Shown: positions 1 to 10,127, counted from the stretch's first letter. The stretch is DNA of 64,000 nucleotides from an uncultured Chloroflexia bacterium (GCA_963797095.1 CAWCNY010000002.1:1216001-1280000); one strand, 5' to 3'. Made by a program: numbers and translations. Notes: generated by a model not told the origin, from the sequence alone.

Positions 1-711
1 CAAGACCGCTCGCATGTTACCTTTCTCTCCCGGCTCTGCGACGTGCGCCGGGGCCTTGATCCGCCATATTAACAAGGCCGATGCGAAGAAGGTAGCCGAG
101 TCGATTACGATCGGTATCCATAACTCATGCGACAGGCCGATCAGCACGCCCGCCGCGCTCGTGCCCAGCAGCCCGAAGATCACACGGCTGGTCTGCGATA
201 CCGAGTTGGCCTGTAGCAGCGCCGATTGCGGCACGATGTTCGGGATGAGCGCGCTACGGGCGGGTGTAAACAGCGTGCCGACCGTCGCCTGGAGGAACCC
301 GATCACATACATCAGCCACAGGTAATCGGCTGTGCCCAGAAGGGCCACTCCTGCGAAGCCGAGCACAAGCGTGCCACGCACGATGTCCGACACCACCATT
401 ATCCGCTTGCGGTCGAGCCTGTCAACGTACACGCCTGCAACAAGCCCCAGCGTGACCTGCGGGATCAGCAGCACGATGAACATGGTGGCGATGGCCGCAG
501 CCGAGCCTGTGATCTGGTTGACCAGGATCAGCAGCGCCAGCAGCGTCAGGCTGTCCCCGAAATCCGAGATGATCTGCCCAAGCCACAGGAACCTGTAGTT
601 GCGGTTCTTCAACAGGTCTTTCAGCCCGGCGGGTTTTTCCGCTCCCTCTTCCATTTCCATTTCCATTTCCATTTCCATTTCCTTTTCTCTTTCTGCGCTT
701 TGAGTGCTCAC
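1..711 (-). CDS. MFS transporter (DHA3/MFS_3-like), runs off the left edge
   Basis: Manual translation from GTG at 711 after a GAGGAGG RBS: ...LKNRNYRFLWLGQIISDFGDSL...AGVYVDRLDRKRI (MFS motif A). Not in the ORF track because no stop lies in the window. Confidence 0.85.
   Translation of the reverse strand, partial: MSTQSAEREKEMEMEMEMEMEEGAEKPAGLKDLLKNRNYRFLWLGQIISDFGDSLTLLALLILVNQITGSAAAIATMFIVLLIPQVTLGLVAGVYVDRLDRKRIMVVSDIVRGTLVLGFAGVALLGTADYLWLMYVIGFLQATVGTLFTPARSALIPNIVPQSALLQANSVSQTSRVIFGLLGTSAAGVLIGLSHELWIPIVIDSATFFASALLIWRIKAPAHVAEPGEKGNMRAVL
649..682. repeat. (TTCCAT)5 hexamer tandem repeat encoding (EM)5 in the MFS N-terminus
   Basis: Seen directly in the sequence. Confidence 0.9.
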
Positions 712-842
712 CTTCTTCCTCCTCTTACCTTTCGCAGGGTGCAACTAACCGGCCCCGTGCATAACGCGCCGGGAAAACACGTCCGAATTGCCTTTTCACT
801 TTTCCGTGAGTAATATTAGGAAGGTCGTTGAGAGGGTGTTAC

Positions 843-1511
843 TCAGTCAATGTTGATAGTGGTCCTGTTGTTGGGTATGTCCTCCACCATTGGAAAGAGC
901 GCCACCGTAAAGCCGTATGTCCTCAGCGTTTCATCTTCTTCATCTGGCGTGCCCTCGTTTATGTGGAGGTTAAACTCTTTGGCGAGTGCTAAAAGCCGCT
1001 CCTGGAATTCGCCCACTCCTTCGGGCGTCAGCTTGGTGATCGACCTGAAGATTATGCCGTTGCGCTTGATAGGATCGCCTGCGCCTGGGGTCATAAGCCC
1101 TTTGTCGATGGCGTTGCGCACATCGTCGCGTGTCGAGTCGAACACCACGTGCAGCATCATATCCACAGGCCCGCCCTCTTCGGCCGGGTTTATGGCCAGC
1201 AGCGATTTGTCAACGTCAAAGCTGTATGCCCTGGTCCTGTACTGCTTCTCGATTATGCCCGACACGATCCTCTGGCTAACAACCCTTATCAGCCCATGTT
1301 CTTCCATCAAGTTGATGTGGTAGTACAGCTTGGTAGCTGTGAGCCCCAACCTGGCGGCAACTTCCTTCACGGTCATTGCTTTCACAACCAGTGTTTCCAG
1401 TATCCGAAGCCGTATCGGGTCCGAAACAACCTTGAGGGTCTCCAGGCTGCTGACTACGTACTCTTTCTCAGGCTCGAAAGTCTCTTCAAACGTTTGTATC
1501 TCGTCAGTCAT
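843..1511 (-). CDS. ArsR/SmtB-family winged-helix transcriptional regulator
   Basis: LKVVSDPIRLRILETL...TVKEVAARLG...KLYYHINLMEEHGLI; GGAG RBS before ATG 1511. Confidence 0.85.
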   Translation of the reverse strand: MTDEIQTFEETFEPEKEYVVSSLETLKVVSDPIRLRILETLVVKAMTVKEVAARLGLTATKLYYHINLMEEHGLIRVVSQRIVSGIIEKQYRTRAYSFDVDKSLLAINPAEEGGPVDMMLHVVFDSTRDDVRNAIDKGLMTPGAGDPIKRNGIIFRSITKLTPEGVGEFQERLLALAKEFNLHINEGTPDEEDETLRTYGFTVALFPMVEDIPNNRTTINID

Positions 1512-1616
1512 TACAACTCCGTTCACCATTCAAACTTTCTTAAATGATATATAACTCATAAATGGCTGGTTGTCAATAGGTTTGGCGAAAATTGCTCAAA
1601 ATTGCTAATATAGCCC

Positions 1617-3965
1617 ATGCTCCGCAAAGTAGTAGTTGTCTTCAAGACCCATTTTGACCTCGGTTTTACCGGCCTGCCCGACGAGGTGATGCGCGCCTAC
1701 ACAGGCCCGATGTTCGAGGCCGTCCGCAAAACGATGGACGCCACGGCCAACGAGCCGCCCAACCTGCGCTACCGCTGGACCCTCCCGGCGTGGCCCCTCC
1801 GCTTCCTATTGAACGATCCTTCGGTTCCGCTCGAAACGCGGCAGGCAGCCCACAAACTGGTCGAGAAAGGCCGCCTCAACTGGCACGCCTGGCCCTTCAC
1901 GACACACACCGCCTTCTGCGGTCTCGAAGACCTTGTGCGCGGATTGCACATCTCCCGCTCTCTCTCCGAGGAGTTCGGGCGCTGGCCCACGGGCGCGAAG
2001 CAGACCGATGTGCCCGGCCACACCTGGATCTTCCCCACTTTGCTCACCCAGGCGGGCGTGAAGTTCCTGCACCTGGGCTGCAACTCAGGCAGTCACTCCC
2101 CCCATGTGCCGCCCTTCTTCTGGTGGGAAGGCCCCGATGGCTCGCGCCTCCTTACTTTCTACTCACCCGGCGGCTACGGCACGCCCCTCCTCCCGCCCGA
2201 CGACTGGCCCTACGACACATGGCTCTCTCTCCAACAGACAGTTGACAACCACGGCCCCCACACGCCCGAAGAGCTACACCGCATCCGCCACACGATTGAG
2301 CAGGGCGCGCCCGGAGCCGAGATCCTCTTCGGGCAGCTAGGCGATTTCTCCGACTCCCTCTTCGAGCACCCCGAACAACTGAGCGACCTCCCCGTCGTCC
2401 CCTTTGACCTGGCCGACACCTGGATACATGGGGTAGGGACCATGCCCCGCGAGGTAGCCCGCGTTCGCGACCTACGTGCCAAACTGCTTGAACTTGAATG
2501 TGCCCTGGCAGAGCACGAATGGTCCAACGCCGACAATTTCCCCCTTGCCTGCAAAGTCGCTCCTATGATTGACGCCGCCTACGAGCAACTGCTCCTCTTT
2601 GGCGAGCACACCTGGGGCCTCGACGTAAAATCGACCATCAAGCGCGCCTACGGCGACGACTTCAAGCACGCCCTCACTACCGGACCATACAAGCGCCTGG
2701 AAGAGTCCTGGGTAGCGAAAGCCGCCTACGCGCATCGGGCCGAAGCATTCTACAACCAGGCACTTCAGATTGCACAGGAAAGCGTCTTTATTGGACCGCC
2801 CTACGAACAGGAAACAAGCCCCACCCCGCAAGGCGATCTCCCCGACAACGTGCTGGAAAACAGCTGGTTCAGGCTGGAAGTCGACCCCGCCACCGGCGGC
2901 ATAACCTCTTTGCTCGACAAGCGCACCGGGCGCGATTGGGTGGACAAACAGAGCCACGAGCCATTCAGCGCCTACCGCTTCGACCTCTACTCGGTTACCG
3001 ATATAGCCGAGTTCCTTCGCGCCTATGGCCTCTATTTCCAGGATTGGTTCGTGCAGGACTTCGGCAAGCAAGGCTACCCTGAGTATTCCACTCACATTAC
3101 GGCCTACGCACGCGACTTCAAGCTATCCAGGAGCGGCCAGACGATCACCTTGAGCGGCGGCCATCTGAAGGCACGGGAAGCTCACAACTTAGCTCTGCCC
3201 AAACAAACCATCTCAATAGAGATCACCCTACCGGAGTCCGAGGCCATTGTTGACATAACATTCAAAGTTGAGGGCAAAGAAGCCACACCGCTTGCGGAAA
3301 GCACCGTTGTGCCTCTTCCTCTAAATCTCGCGAAACCCACCTTCAGGCTTGGGCAAACAGGCTCCGTGATGGACCCCTCACGCGATATTGCCGCAGGCGC
3401 GAACCGCAATCTCTGGTGCGCCGGTTGGCTCGACATCTCCGATGATAGGTTAGGCCTATCTGTCATACCTCACGATATGCCCCTCCTCTCCATCGGCGAC
3501 ACAGGCATCTATCGCTTCGAGCCTGAGCGTGCTCCATCCGAGCCGGTGGTATACGCCCACCTCTCGAATACGCAGTGGGGCACGAATTTCCCGCAGTGGC
3601 TAGAGGGCGATTACAATTGGCGTATACAGCTCATGCCTCACACCGGCGATTGGCGCAGGAGCATGCTCTGGTATGTAGAACGCCAACTGCCCTTCGTGAC
3701 GCCCCTGGGTCTCGTGCTGCAAGGCATACGCCCCAGGCACGACGGACCCGGCCTCATTCTGCGCTTCTGGAACTCGCTGGGCGAGCACGATACCGGCAGT
3801 CCTCTGGTCCTGTCGCACCCCGCGAAATCGGTCTGGCTCTGCGACCTGCTGGAACGCCCCATCCAGCAACTTCCAGTCCTCCCCTGGGACGACAACGCCA
3901 TAGTCGCCGATATACCCTCTGCGCCCCACGCCATCCAAACCCTCCTGATAGAATTCGACCAGTAA
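1617..3965 (+). CDS. Glycoside hydrolase family 38-like protein (DUF5054-like)
   Basis: N-terminal VVFKTHFDLGFT, DVPGHTW, PFFWWEGPDGSRLL and EHTWG motifs. Confidence 0.75.
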   Translation: MLRKVVVVFKTHFDLGFTGLPDEVMRAYTGPMFEAVRKTMDATANEPPNLRYRWTLPAWPLRFLLNDPSVPLETRQAAHKLVEKGRLNWHAWPFTTHTAFCGLEDLVRGLHISRSLSEEFGRWPTGAKQTDVPGHTWIFPTLLTQAGVKFLHLGCNSGSHSPHVPPFFWWEGPDGSRLLTFYSPGGYGTPLLPPDDWPYDTWLSLQQTVDNHGPHTPEELHRIRHTIEQGAPGAEILFGQLGDFSDSLFEHPEQLSDLPVVPFDLADTWIHGVGTMPREVARVRDLRAKLLELECALAEHEWSNADNFPLACKVAPMIDAAYEQLLLFGEHTWGLDVKSTIKRAYGDDFKHALTTGPYKRLEESWVAKAAYAHRAEAFYNQALQIAQESVFIGPPYEQETSPTPQGDLPDNVLENSWFRLEVDPATGGITSLLDKRTGRDWVDKQSHEPFSAYRFDLYSVTDIAEFLRAYGLYFQDWFVQDFGKQGYPEYSTHITAYARDFKLSRSGQTITLSGGHLKAREAHNLALPKQTISIEITLPESEAIVDITFKVEGKEATPLAESTVVPLPLNLAKPTFRLGQTGSVMDPSRDIAAGANRNLWCAGWLDISDDRLGLSVIPHDMPLLSIGDTGIYRFEPERAPSEPVVYAHLSNTQWGTNFPQWLEGDYNWRIQLMPHTGDWRRSMLWYVERQLPFVTPLGLVLQGIRPRHDGPGLILRFWNSLGEHDTGSPLVLSHPAKSVWLCDLLERPIQQLPVLPWDDNAIVADIPSAPHAIQTLLIEFDQ

Positions 3966-4005
3966 TCAGCAAGCAATACGAAGTACGCAATATGAAGTAC
4001 GCAAT

Positions 4006-4515
4006 ATGAAAATCATCCTCCTCGCCGTCCTCACCCTCGACGGCAAGATCGCCCGCAACGACCATCATCTTTCCAACTGGTCGTCCAAAGAGGACAAGCG
4101 TATCTTCTCGGCTGCCACGCGCAAAGCAGGCGTGCTCATCCTCGGCAACAATACCTTCAAGACCCTCTCCGCACCCCTCCCAGGCAGGCTCCATGTAGTC
4201 CTCACCTCCAACACCTCCGACAAGACGGGTGTGCCTGGCGTAGTCGAATACACCAGTGCCACCCCCCACGAAATAGCCGCCGGCCTGGAAGCGCGTGGCT
4301 ACATCGAAGCCATTCTTGCGGGAGGCTCTCTGGTCTATACCCTCTTCCTCAAAGCCGGGTTTATAGATGAACTCTGGCTCACCATCGAACCGATTGTGTT
4401 CGGCTCAGGCATAGACCTCTTTGCGGGCGAATCTCTCGACGTGCGCGCGCGCTTGATCTATTTGGAAAAACTGAACGAGGCCGGATCGCTCCACCTGCGC
4501 TACAGTTTGCGCTGA
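4006..4515 (+). CDS. Dihydrofolate reductase / RibD C-terminal domain protein
   Basis: AVLTLDGKIA, LILGNNTF, PLPGR, AGGSLVY, IDELWLTIEPIVFGSG. Confidence 0.85.
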   Translation: MKIILLAVLTLDGKIARNDHHLSNWSSKEDKRIFSAATRKAGVLILGNNTFKTLSAPLPGRLHVVLTSNTSDKTGVPGVVEYTSATPHEIAAGLEARGYIEAILAGGSLVYTLFLKAGFIDELWLTIEPIVFGSGIDLFAGESLDVRARLIYLEKLNEAGSLHLRYSLR

Positions 4516-4535
4516 GCATGTGTGTTTGCTATAAT
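4507..4535 (+). promoter_or_regulatory. Sigma70-type promoter (TTGCGC-17-TATAAT with extended TG)
   Basis: Consensus match upstream of ORF 4551 and the tRNA. Confidence 0.55.
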
Positions 4536-4550
4536 AGTTGAGCCTGAGCT

Positions 4551-5237
4551 ATGAAACACAAAGACGCGGAATACGAGCGGGCAAGAGCCTTACACGAGCA
4601 AGGCTATTCGATTAGAGAGATATGCAAGTTAGTGGATGCCGCAAAAGGCAGCATTAGCATATGGGTCAGAGATATATCTCTTTCTCAAGAGCAGTTACAG
4701 AGGCCAGGCAATAATCGAGTTATAGCACGCGAGAAGGCGAGGGCAACAGTTCTCGCGAACCGAAATAAGAGGATTGCGCAGTACTACAAGGAAGCTGAGG
4801 AGGAATTTAGAGTTCTGCGCCAGGATCCAGAATTCATGTTTGGTCTGGCACTGTATATCGGGGAAGGATACAAGGGCCCGAATACTGAGGTGGGATTCAT
4901 AAACTGGAACCCTCAAGTCGTTCTCAAAGCCTTGGAGTTCTTTGCGAGAATAGGTGTTGCAAAATCGCACATAAGATGTAGAATAACTCTGCATCCGACA
5001 CAAAATAAAGAAGAAGCCGAAGCATTCTGGAGCAAAACACTAGATATCCCGCTGACTCAATTCAACCAAACTTATCAGGCTATTAGTCCTGGAAGCAGAG
5101 GGAAGCGGGGCCAGAAATGGCCCCATGGTGGGTGTACTATTAGGGCTTACTCGGTTAGCCTTAAGCACAAATTGAATAGGTGGATGGAATTATCTCTCCT
5201 AGAGAGTAACCAAAATGGGCCTGTGGCGCAGCGGTAG
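4551..5237 (+). CDS. HTH + LAGLIDADG-like protein overlapping the tRNA 5' end
   Basis: N-terminal HTH (ARALHEQGYSIREICKLVDAAKGSISIWVRD), then GLALYIGEGYK...GFINWNP (LAGLIDADG-like helix). Lower GC than the flanks; the stop codon lies in the tRNA D-loop. Confidence 0.6.
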   Translation: MKHKDAEYERARALHEQGYSIREICKLVDAAKGSISIWVRDISLSQEQLQRPGNNRVIAREKARATVLANRNKRIAQYYKEAEEEFRVLRQDPEFMFGLALYIGEGYKGPNTEVGFINWNPQVVLKALEFFARIGVAKSHIRCRITLHPTQNKEEAEAFWSKTLDIPLTQFNQTYQAISPGSRGKRGQKWPHGGCTIRAYSVSLKHKLNRWMELSLLESNQNGPVAQR

Positions 5238-5291
5238 CGCAGGTGACTCATAATCACTTGGTCGTAGGTTCGAATCCTACCGGGCCCACCA
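5217..5291 (+). tRNA. tRNA with CAU anticodon, probably tRNA-Ile2 (lysidine)
   Basis: Cloverleaf GGGCCTG/CGGGCCC-A-CCA; anticodon arm GGTGA-CTCATAA-TCACT; GGTTCGAATCC T-arm. Resembles ileX-type rather than initiator tRNA (G1-C72 paired, no GGG/CCC anticodon stem). Confidence 0.9.
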
Positions 5292-5336
5292 AATGAAAGA
5301 GGAGGTTTGGCTTTGTGCAAACCTCCTCTTTCATTT
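5291..5336. terminator. Bidirectional intrinsic terminator
   Basis: 19-bp inverted repeat AAATGAAAGAGGAGGTTTG/CAAACCTCCTCTTTCATTT between convergent genes. Confidence 0.8.
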
Positions 5337-5353
5337 CCGGCGAGTGACGAATC

Positions 5354-5956
5354 CTACAGGGTCACATTGCTCGTATCACGCGTGTACTGCCCGGCCATCC
5401 GGCCATCGTGCTTCCCTTCCGCAAACTCCTCGATCATCTTCCGGTTGAAAGCCGGGATGTCGTCGGGCTTGCGGCTCGTCACGATGCCGTTATCCGTCAC
5501 CACCTCCTGGTCGACCCAGTAGGCTCCGGCGTTCTTCAAGTCGGTCTGTAGCGATGGGTACGATGTCATTGTGCGCCCATTCACCGCGCCCGCCTCGATC
5601 AATGTCCAGGGGCCGTGGCAGATCGCTGCGATGGGCTTGTTCGTGTCTACGAACGCCTTCACAAACTGCACAGCTTGCTGGTTCATGCGCAGCTTGTCAG
5701 GGTTCATCACCCCGCCGGGCAACAGCAGCGCGTCGTAATTATACGCGTTAGCGTTGCTCAGAGGCACATCCACCGGGAACTGGTCGCCCCAATCGGTGTG
5801 CTGCCACGCCTTCACCATCCCACCTTCCGCTGGCGATACCAGCACCGTTTCCGCACCTGCTTCCTGGAGAGCCTTCCTCGGCTCTGTCATTTCGACCTGC
5901 TCGAAACCGTTGGTCACCAGAATCGCTACTTTCTTTCCGTTCAATTTGTCGGCCAT
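5354..5956 (-). CDS. PfpI/DJ-1 family type 1 glutamine amidotransferase-like protease/glyoxalase
   Basis: GFEQVEM, LLLPGG, AAICHGPW, TSRKPDD. Confidence 0.92.
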   Translation of the reverse strand: MADKLNGKKVAILVTNGFEQVEMTEPRKALQEAGAETVLVSPAEGGMVKAWQHTDWGDQFPVDVPLSNANAYNYDALLLPGGVMNPDKLRMNQQAVQFVKAFVDTNKPIAAICHGPWTLIEAGAVNGRTMTSYPSLQTDLKNAGAYWVDQEVVTDNGIVTSRKPDDIPAFNRKMIEEFAEGKHDGRMAGQYTRDTSNVTL

Positions 5957-6135
5957 CTAAATACCTCCTTTTTAGTGCATGGTGTTTCGAAACGTATTGG
6001 TGTGATGCCATGCACATCTATATCGTAGCAATCCGCGTGCCCACGATGGACGACAGGCCGCCGACGATGATAAAATGCGATTGCCACTCGTCACTCGTCA
6101 CTCGTCACTCGTCACTCGTCCATCAGGAGCCAGCC

Positions 6136-6744
6136 ATGCCTACAGGCCAACCCATCCCAGGCGTTTGGGAAGAAGACGACTGCGCCACCTGGCGCGGGTG
6201 GCTACTTAGCTACGACCAGGCTATCGCAGCTCTCGGCAATGAAAAGCTCACAAATCTCGACCGCTGGTTCCGCAAAGAACTGCCCCTCAAGATCCTCGAA
6301 CGCACCCCGCCCTGTATCTATCACGACGATCTACAGGGTATAGCCGCCTGGAAAATGCACCGTGGTGTCTGGCGCGAATATAATCGCCGCCTCGTAGCGG
6401 GCAACCCACCCGAAAAGGTCGAACAAGTCAGCCGAGATGCCTTCGCCACAGTGCCCGACCCTCGCAAGCCTGTGGCTACCCTGGCTACCCTCGCGGGCGT
6501 GGGTCCGGCCACCGCCTCGGCGGCTCTCGCGGCCCTTGCCCCTTACTACTACCCCTTCTTCGATGAATTAGTAGCAGCCTTCATTCCCGGCCTCGGCCCT
6601 GTCGCTTTCACCCTGCCCTACTACCTGAAATATGCGGCAGCCATCGCCGAGCGTCGCGATCACCTCAACGCCACCTGCTCCAGCATCTCCTGGACCTCCC
6701 ACGATGTGGCCCAGGCCCTCTGGGCGCTCGCCTCCTCACACTAG
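6136..6744 (+). CDS. Uncharacterised helix-hairpin-helix protein
   Basis: LATLAGVGPATASA HhH motif; WKMHRGVWR; AGGAG RBS before ATG 6136. Confidence 0.7.
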   Translation: MPTGQPIPGVWEEDDCATWRGWLLSYDQAIAALGNEKLTNLDRWFRKELPLKILERTPPCIYHDDLQGIAAWKMHRGVWREYNRRLVAGNPPEKVEQVSRDAFATVPDPRKPVATLATLAGVGPATASAALAALAPYYYPFFDELVAAFIPGLGPVAFTLPYYLKYAAAIAERRDHLNATCSSISWTSHDVAQALWALASSH

Positions 6745-6750
6745 CCTACT

Positions 6751-8178
6751 TTACATAACACCATCGAGATTCCCGGCGTTGTGCGTCCTGATCAATTCGC
6801 TATACCACCTGGCGCTCTTCTTCGGGACGCGAGTCAGGGTCTTCCGGTCAACGTGGATCAGCCCGAACGCCGCTTCCGGCCTGTAGCCCTCCGCCCATTC
6901 AAAATTGTCCATCAGTGTCCAGGTAAAATACCCCTCCACCGGGATGCCGTGCAGCAGCGCCTTGTATACCATGTGCAGGTGCTCTTGCAAATATTCAATG
7001 CGCGGCCCGTCGTCTATCTCCTCCTCCTGACCATCCCACGGTGTGACGAGCGCCATCCCATTCTCCGTCACGTATATCCGCTTCAACCCGAAGGCCCTGT
7101 ACCCGAAATAGACTTGCTGCAAGATATCGTATAGACCCTCTGAGTAGTATGGTGGCCGGAAGATAGGCCAATCGAGGCTGTTGGTAGGCCCACCCCTGTA
7201 GATCACCTCCTCCGACTCCAACTCGCCGCCCGCCGCCCGATACAGCCCACCCCGGTAATAATTCACCCCCAGGCCGTGCAGCTTATCGCCTATCCGGATC
7301 GTTCCCATGTCCTTCTCATAATCCGCGGGCATCGCATCGCCGTACAACTCCACCATCCATTCAGGATATCGCCCCCTGAAAGTGGGATCGAGGAACCACA
7401 TATTGTAATACCCATCCCTGAAGAGCGCGGCCTGCATATCTTCACGCGATGTAGAAACCGCATAGGCAGGCTGGAAGTTGAGCGTGCTCACTATCCTGGC
7501 GTCGGGCTTACGCTCCAGGATCGCCCGGCAAGTAAGGCCCTGCGCCAGCAGAAGATGGTGCGCGGCCATCAAGGCGTCTTTCAGGTTCTCCCGGCTATCG
7601 CTGTGCCTGCTGCCCGGCGCATGTATATTTTCGTAGTAGCTCAGCATAGAGCTACACCACGGCTCGTTGAACAGAAAATACTCGTCTACAAGATCGCCCA
7701 ACTCCTCCGTCACCACCTCAGCGTGCCTCTCCAGGGCGTGAGCAGTATCGCGGTTAGTCCACCCGCCACGCTCGTTCAGGTGCTGGGGCAGTTCCCAGTG
7801 ATACAGCGTCGCATAAATAGTAATGCCACTCTCGCGCAACGCCTCGAAATAGCGCCTGTACCATTCAATTGTCCGCTTGTTCACCACGCCGTCCTCGGTC
7901 AGCACTCGTGCCATCGACACCGATGTCCTGTAGTGTTTGATGCCGATCCTGCGCATGTGCCCTATATCCTCGCGCCAGCGATGGTATCTATCTATCCCGT
8001 CATCCGGCGTAGGCATACCACGCTCGATAGTGAACTGCCGCCACATCGTCGGTAGCGAGCCTTCCTCTTCCATCGTATACTTCTCCCCGATTACCTGCAA
8101 ATCGGCCTCGGCAACACCGAACTTGAAATCGGGCGGGAAAATTGCGGCACGGCTTGGATCGACAGATAGCAAAGGCAT
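6751..8178 (-). CDS. Glycoside hydrolase family 1 (beta-glucosidase)
   Basis: TLYHWELP, FNEP acid/base, VTENG nucleophile, DNFEWAEG. Confidence 0.95.
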   Translation of the reverse strand: MPLLSVDPSRAAIFPPDFKFGVAEADLQVIGEKYTMEEEGSLPTMWRQFTIERGMPTPDDGIDRYHRWREDIGHMRRIGIKHYRTSVSMARVLTEDGVVNKRTIEWYRRYFEALRESGITIYATLYHWELPQHLNERGGWTNRDTAHALERHAEVVTEELGDLVDEYFLFNEPWCSSMLSYYENIHAPGSRHSDSRENLKDALMAAHHLLLAQGLTCRAILERKPDARIVSTLNFQPAYAVSTSREDMQAALFRDGYYNMWFLDPTFRGRYPEWMVELYGDAMPADYEKDMGTIRIGDKLHGLGVNYYRGGLYRAAGGELESEEVIYRGGPTNSLDWPIFRPPYYSEGLYDILQQVYFGYRAFGLKRIYVTENGMALVTPWDGQEEEIDDGPRIEYLQEHLHMVYKALLHGIPVEGYFTWTLMDNFEWAEGYRPEAAFGLIHVDRKTLTRVPKKSARWYSELIRTHNAGNLDGVM

Positions 8179-8310
8179 GTAGCACTCCAGAACAAGCAGT
8201 CAATATTCAACCGTGATTGTGAAGCAACACACCAAAGTTGTCAATCCCATAGTTCCACGAGATGGTCACCTGGTTAAAAGGTCTGTAAGATTTATTTCAC
8301 GCTTGGCTAC

Positions 8311-8370
8311 TTGTGCTAAAGTCCAACACGACGTATAATGTGGCATCAGTCAGGTCTGCAGCGTCGCAGA
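8311..8370 (+). promoter_or_regulatory. Promoter TTGTGC-17-TATAAT and possible LacI-type operator (TCTGCAGCGTCGCAGA)
   Basis: Consensus spacing; imperfect palindrome just downstream of the -10. Confidence 0.45.
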
Positions 8371-8627
8371 GATAGGTAGAGTGCTTGGCTCTCCGCCAGG
8401 TGGTAGGGCATTCTACAACATTGTCCCGGCCATACATAGTGGGATACGCTCTAAGGTAGCGCGACCTTCCAGTCCCATTTCCATTTTCGCATACCTACTT
8501 GTCCCAAAGAACTATGCCTTCTTAATTCTATCCGCGCCCCATGGCAAGGAGGTGATGAATATCGTCACTAAGCATGACCATTACACTCGATAGTATGAGA
8601 ACATCTAATGTAAGGAGGAAAGCATAG

Positions 8628-10034
8628 ATGGCTAAGAAATGGTTTACTATTCTCACATTGATGGTGGTTGTTTCCGTTCTGCTCGCAGCGTGCGGTGAAG
8701 AACCTACAGCTACAGTCGTACCGCCCACCGCTACCACGGCAGCGGCTGAGCCTACCGCCACCACAGCAATGGCTGAGCCTACCGCCACCACCGGGACGAC
8801 GGCTGCGGCAACAGCTACCACCGCCGGCGGCGATATGCCTTACGCAGGCACTGAGGTCAGCATCTTTGGCGTGGCCGCTGACGAGCAGGCTCGCCTCTTC
8901 CAGAGCGAGTTCGATGACTTTACAGCCCGCACCGGTATCAAAGTTACCTACGAAGGCGACAAGAACTTCGAGAGCCTGATCCGCGTTCGCGTAGAAGGCA
9001 ACAGTGCTCCCGATATCGCCACATTCGCTCAGCCTGGCCTCCTCACTGACTTTGTCAACCAGGGCAAGATCGTTGACCTCAATACCTTCATGGATAAGGA
9101 CTATCTGAGCAAGCAGTACACCCAGGCCTTCCTCGACCTCGCTACTGTCAACGGCAAGATGGCCGGTGTATGGCACAATAACGACGTAAAGAGCCTCGTC
9201 TGGTATCCCAAAGCCGCCTTCGACGCCAAGGGCTACAAGGTACCTACCACCTGGGACGACATGCTCAAGCTCTCCGACCAGATCGTTGCTGACGGCGGCA
9301 CCCCCTGGTGCATAGGTATCGAATCTGCGGGTGCTACCGGCTGGGTAGGCACCGACTGGGTTGAAGACGTTATGCTGCGCACCACCACCCCGGAGAACTA
9401 TGACAAGTGGACAACGGGCGAACTCAAGTTTGACTCTCCTGAGGTCAAGAATGCGTTTGACACCGTCGGCAACATCTGGTTCCATGACGGCTATGTCTAC
9501 GGCGGAACCGATACTATCCTTACCACAGCCTTCGGCAATTCGCCCGCGGGTCTCTTCACAGATCCACCCAAGTGCTGGCTACATCGCCAGGCGAGCTTCA
9601 TCACCAACTTCTTCCCCGCAAGCGCCACGGTTGGCACGGACGTAGACTACTTCTACCTGCCGCCAATCGATGCGACCTATGGCAAGCCCGTACTCGGCTC
9701 AGGCTCCATCGCCGCTATGTTCAACGACCGCCCTGAGGTTCGCGAGGTCATGAAGTTCCTGGCGACCGGTGAGTCGATCAAGAAGGAGGTACAAGCCGGT
9801 GTAGCTGTAGCTCCTCAAAAGGATGCAGATCCTAGCTGGTATCCCAACGACGCCTCTCGCGGCTTCGCTCAGATCCTCCAACAGGCTACCACCTTCCGCT
9901 TCGACGGTTCCGACCTCATGCCGGCTACCGTTGGTGCAGGCACCTTCTGGACAGGCATTGTGAGTTGGGTTCAGGCTAATGGTACAAACACCACAGATGT
10001 CCTGGATACCATAGACGCAAGCTGGCCCAAGTAA
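8628..10034 (+). CDS. Sugar ABC transporter substrate-binding lipoprotein (alpha-glucoside AglE-like)
   Basis: Lipobox LAAC, P/T/A-rich linker, KSLVWY, WCIGIESAGATGWVGTDWVED, FRFDGSDLMP. Confidence 0.9.
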   Translation: MAKKWFTILTLMVVVSVLLAACGEEPTATVVPPTATTAAAEPTATTAMAEPTATTGTTAAATATTAGGDMPYAGTEVSIFGVAADEQARLFQSEFDDFTARTGIKVTYEGDKNFESLIRVRVEGNSAPDIATFAQPGLLTDFVNQGKIVDLNTFMDKDYLSKQYTQAFLDLATVNGKMAGVWHNNDVKSLVWYPKAAFDAKGYKVPTTWDDMLKLSDQIVADGGTPWCIGIESAGATGWVGTDWVEDVMLRTTTPENYDKWTTGELKFDSPEVKNAFDTVGNIWFHDGYVYGGTDTILTTAFGNSPAGLFTDPPKCWLHRQASFITNFFPASATVGTDVDYFYLPPIDATYGKPVLGSGSIAAMFNDRPEVREVMKFLATGESIKKEVQAGVAVAPQKDADPSWYPNDASRGFAQILQQATTFRFDGSDLMPATVGAGTFWTGIVSWVQANGTNTTDVLDTIDASWPK

Positions 10035-10127
10035 GCTAAAACTCAAGGTTCGAAGTTCAAGGTTCCGAGCGGATATGCTTGGGGCTTTGGACTTTGAACC
10101 TTGAACCATAAAGAAGGAGCGAGATAT

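Noticed and set aside
8346-8627. Riboswitch in the long leader of the sugar ABC operon
   Set aside because: No recognisable aptamer consensus or terminator.
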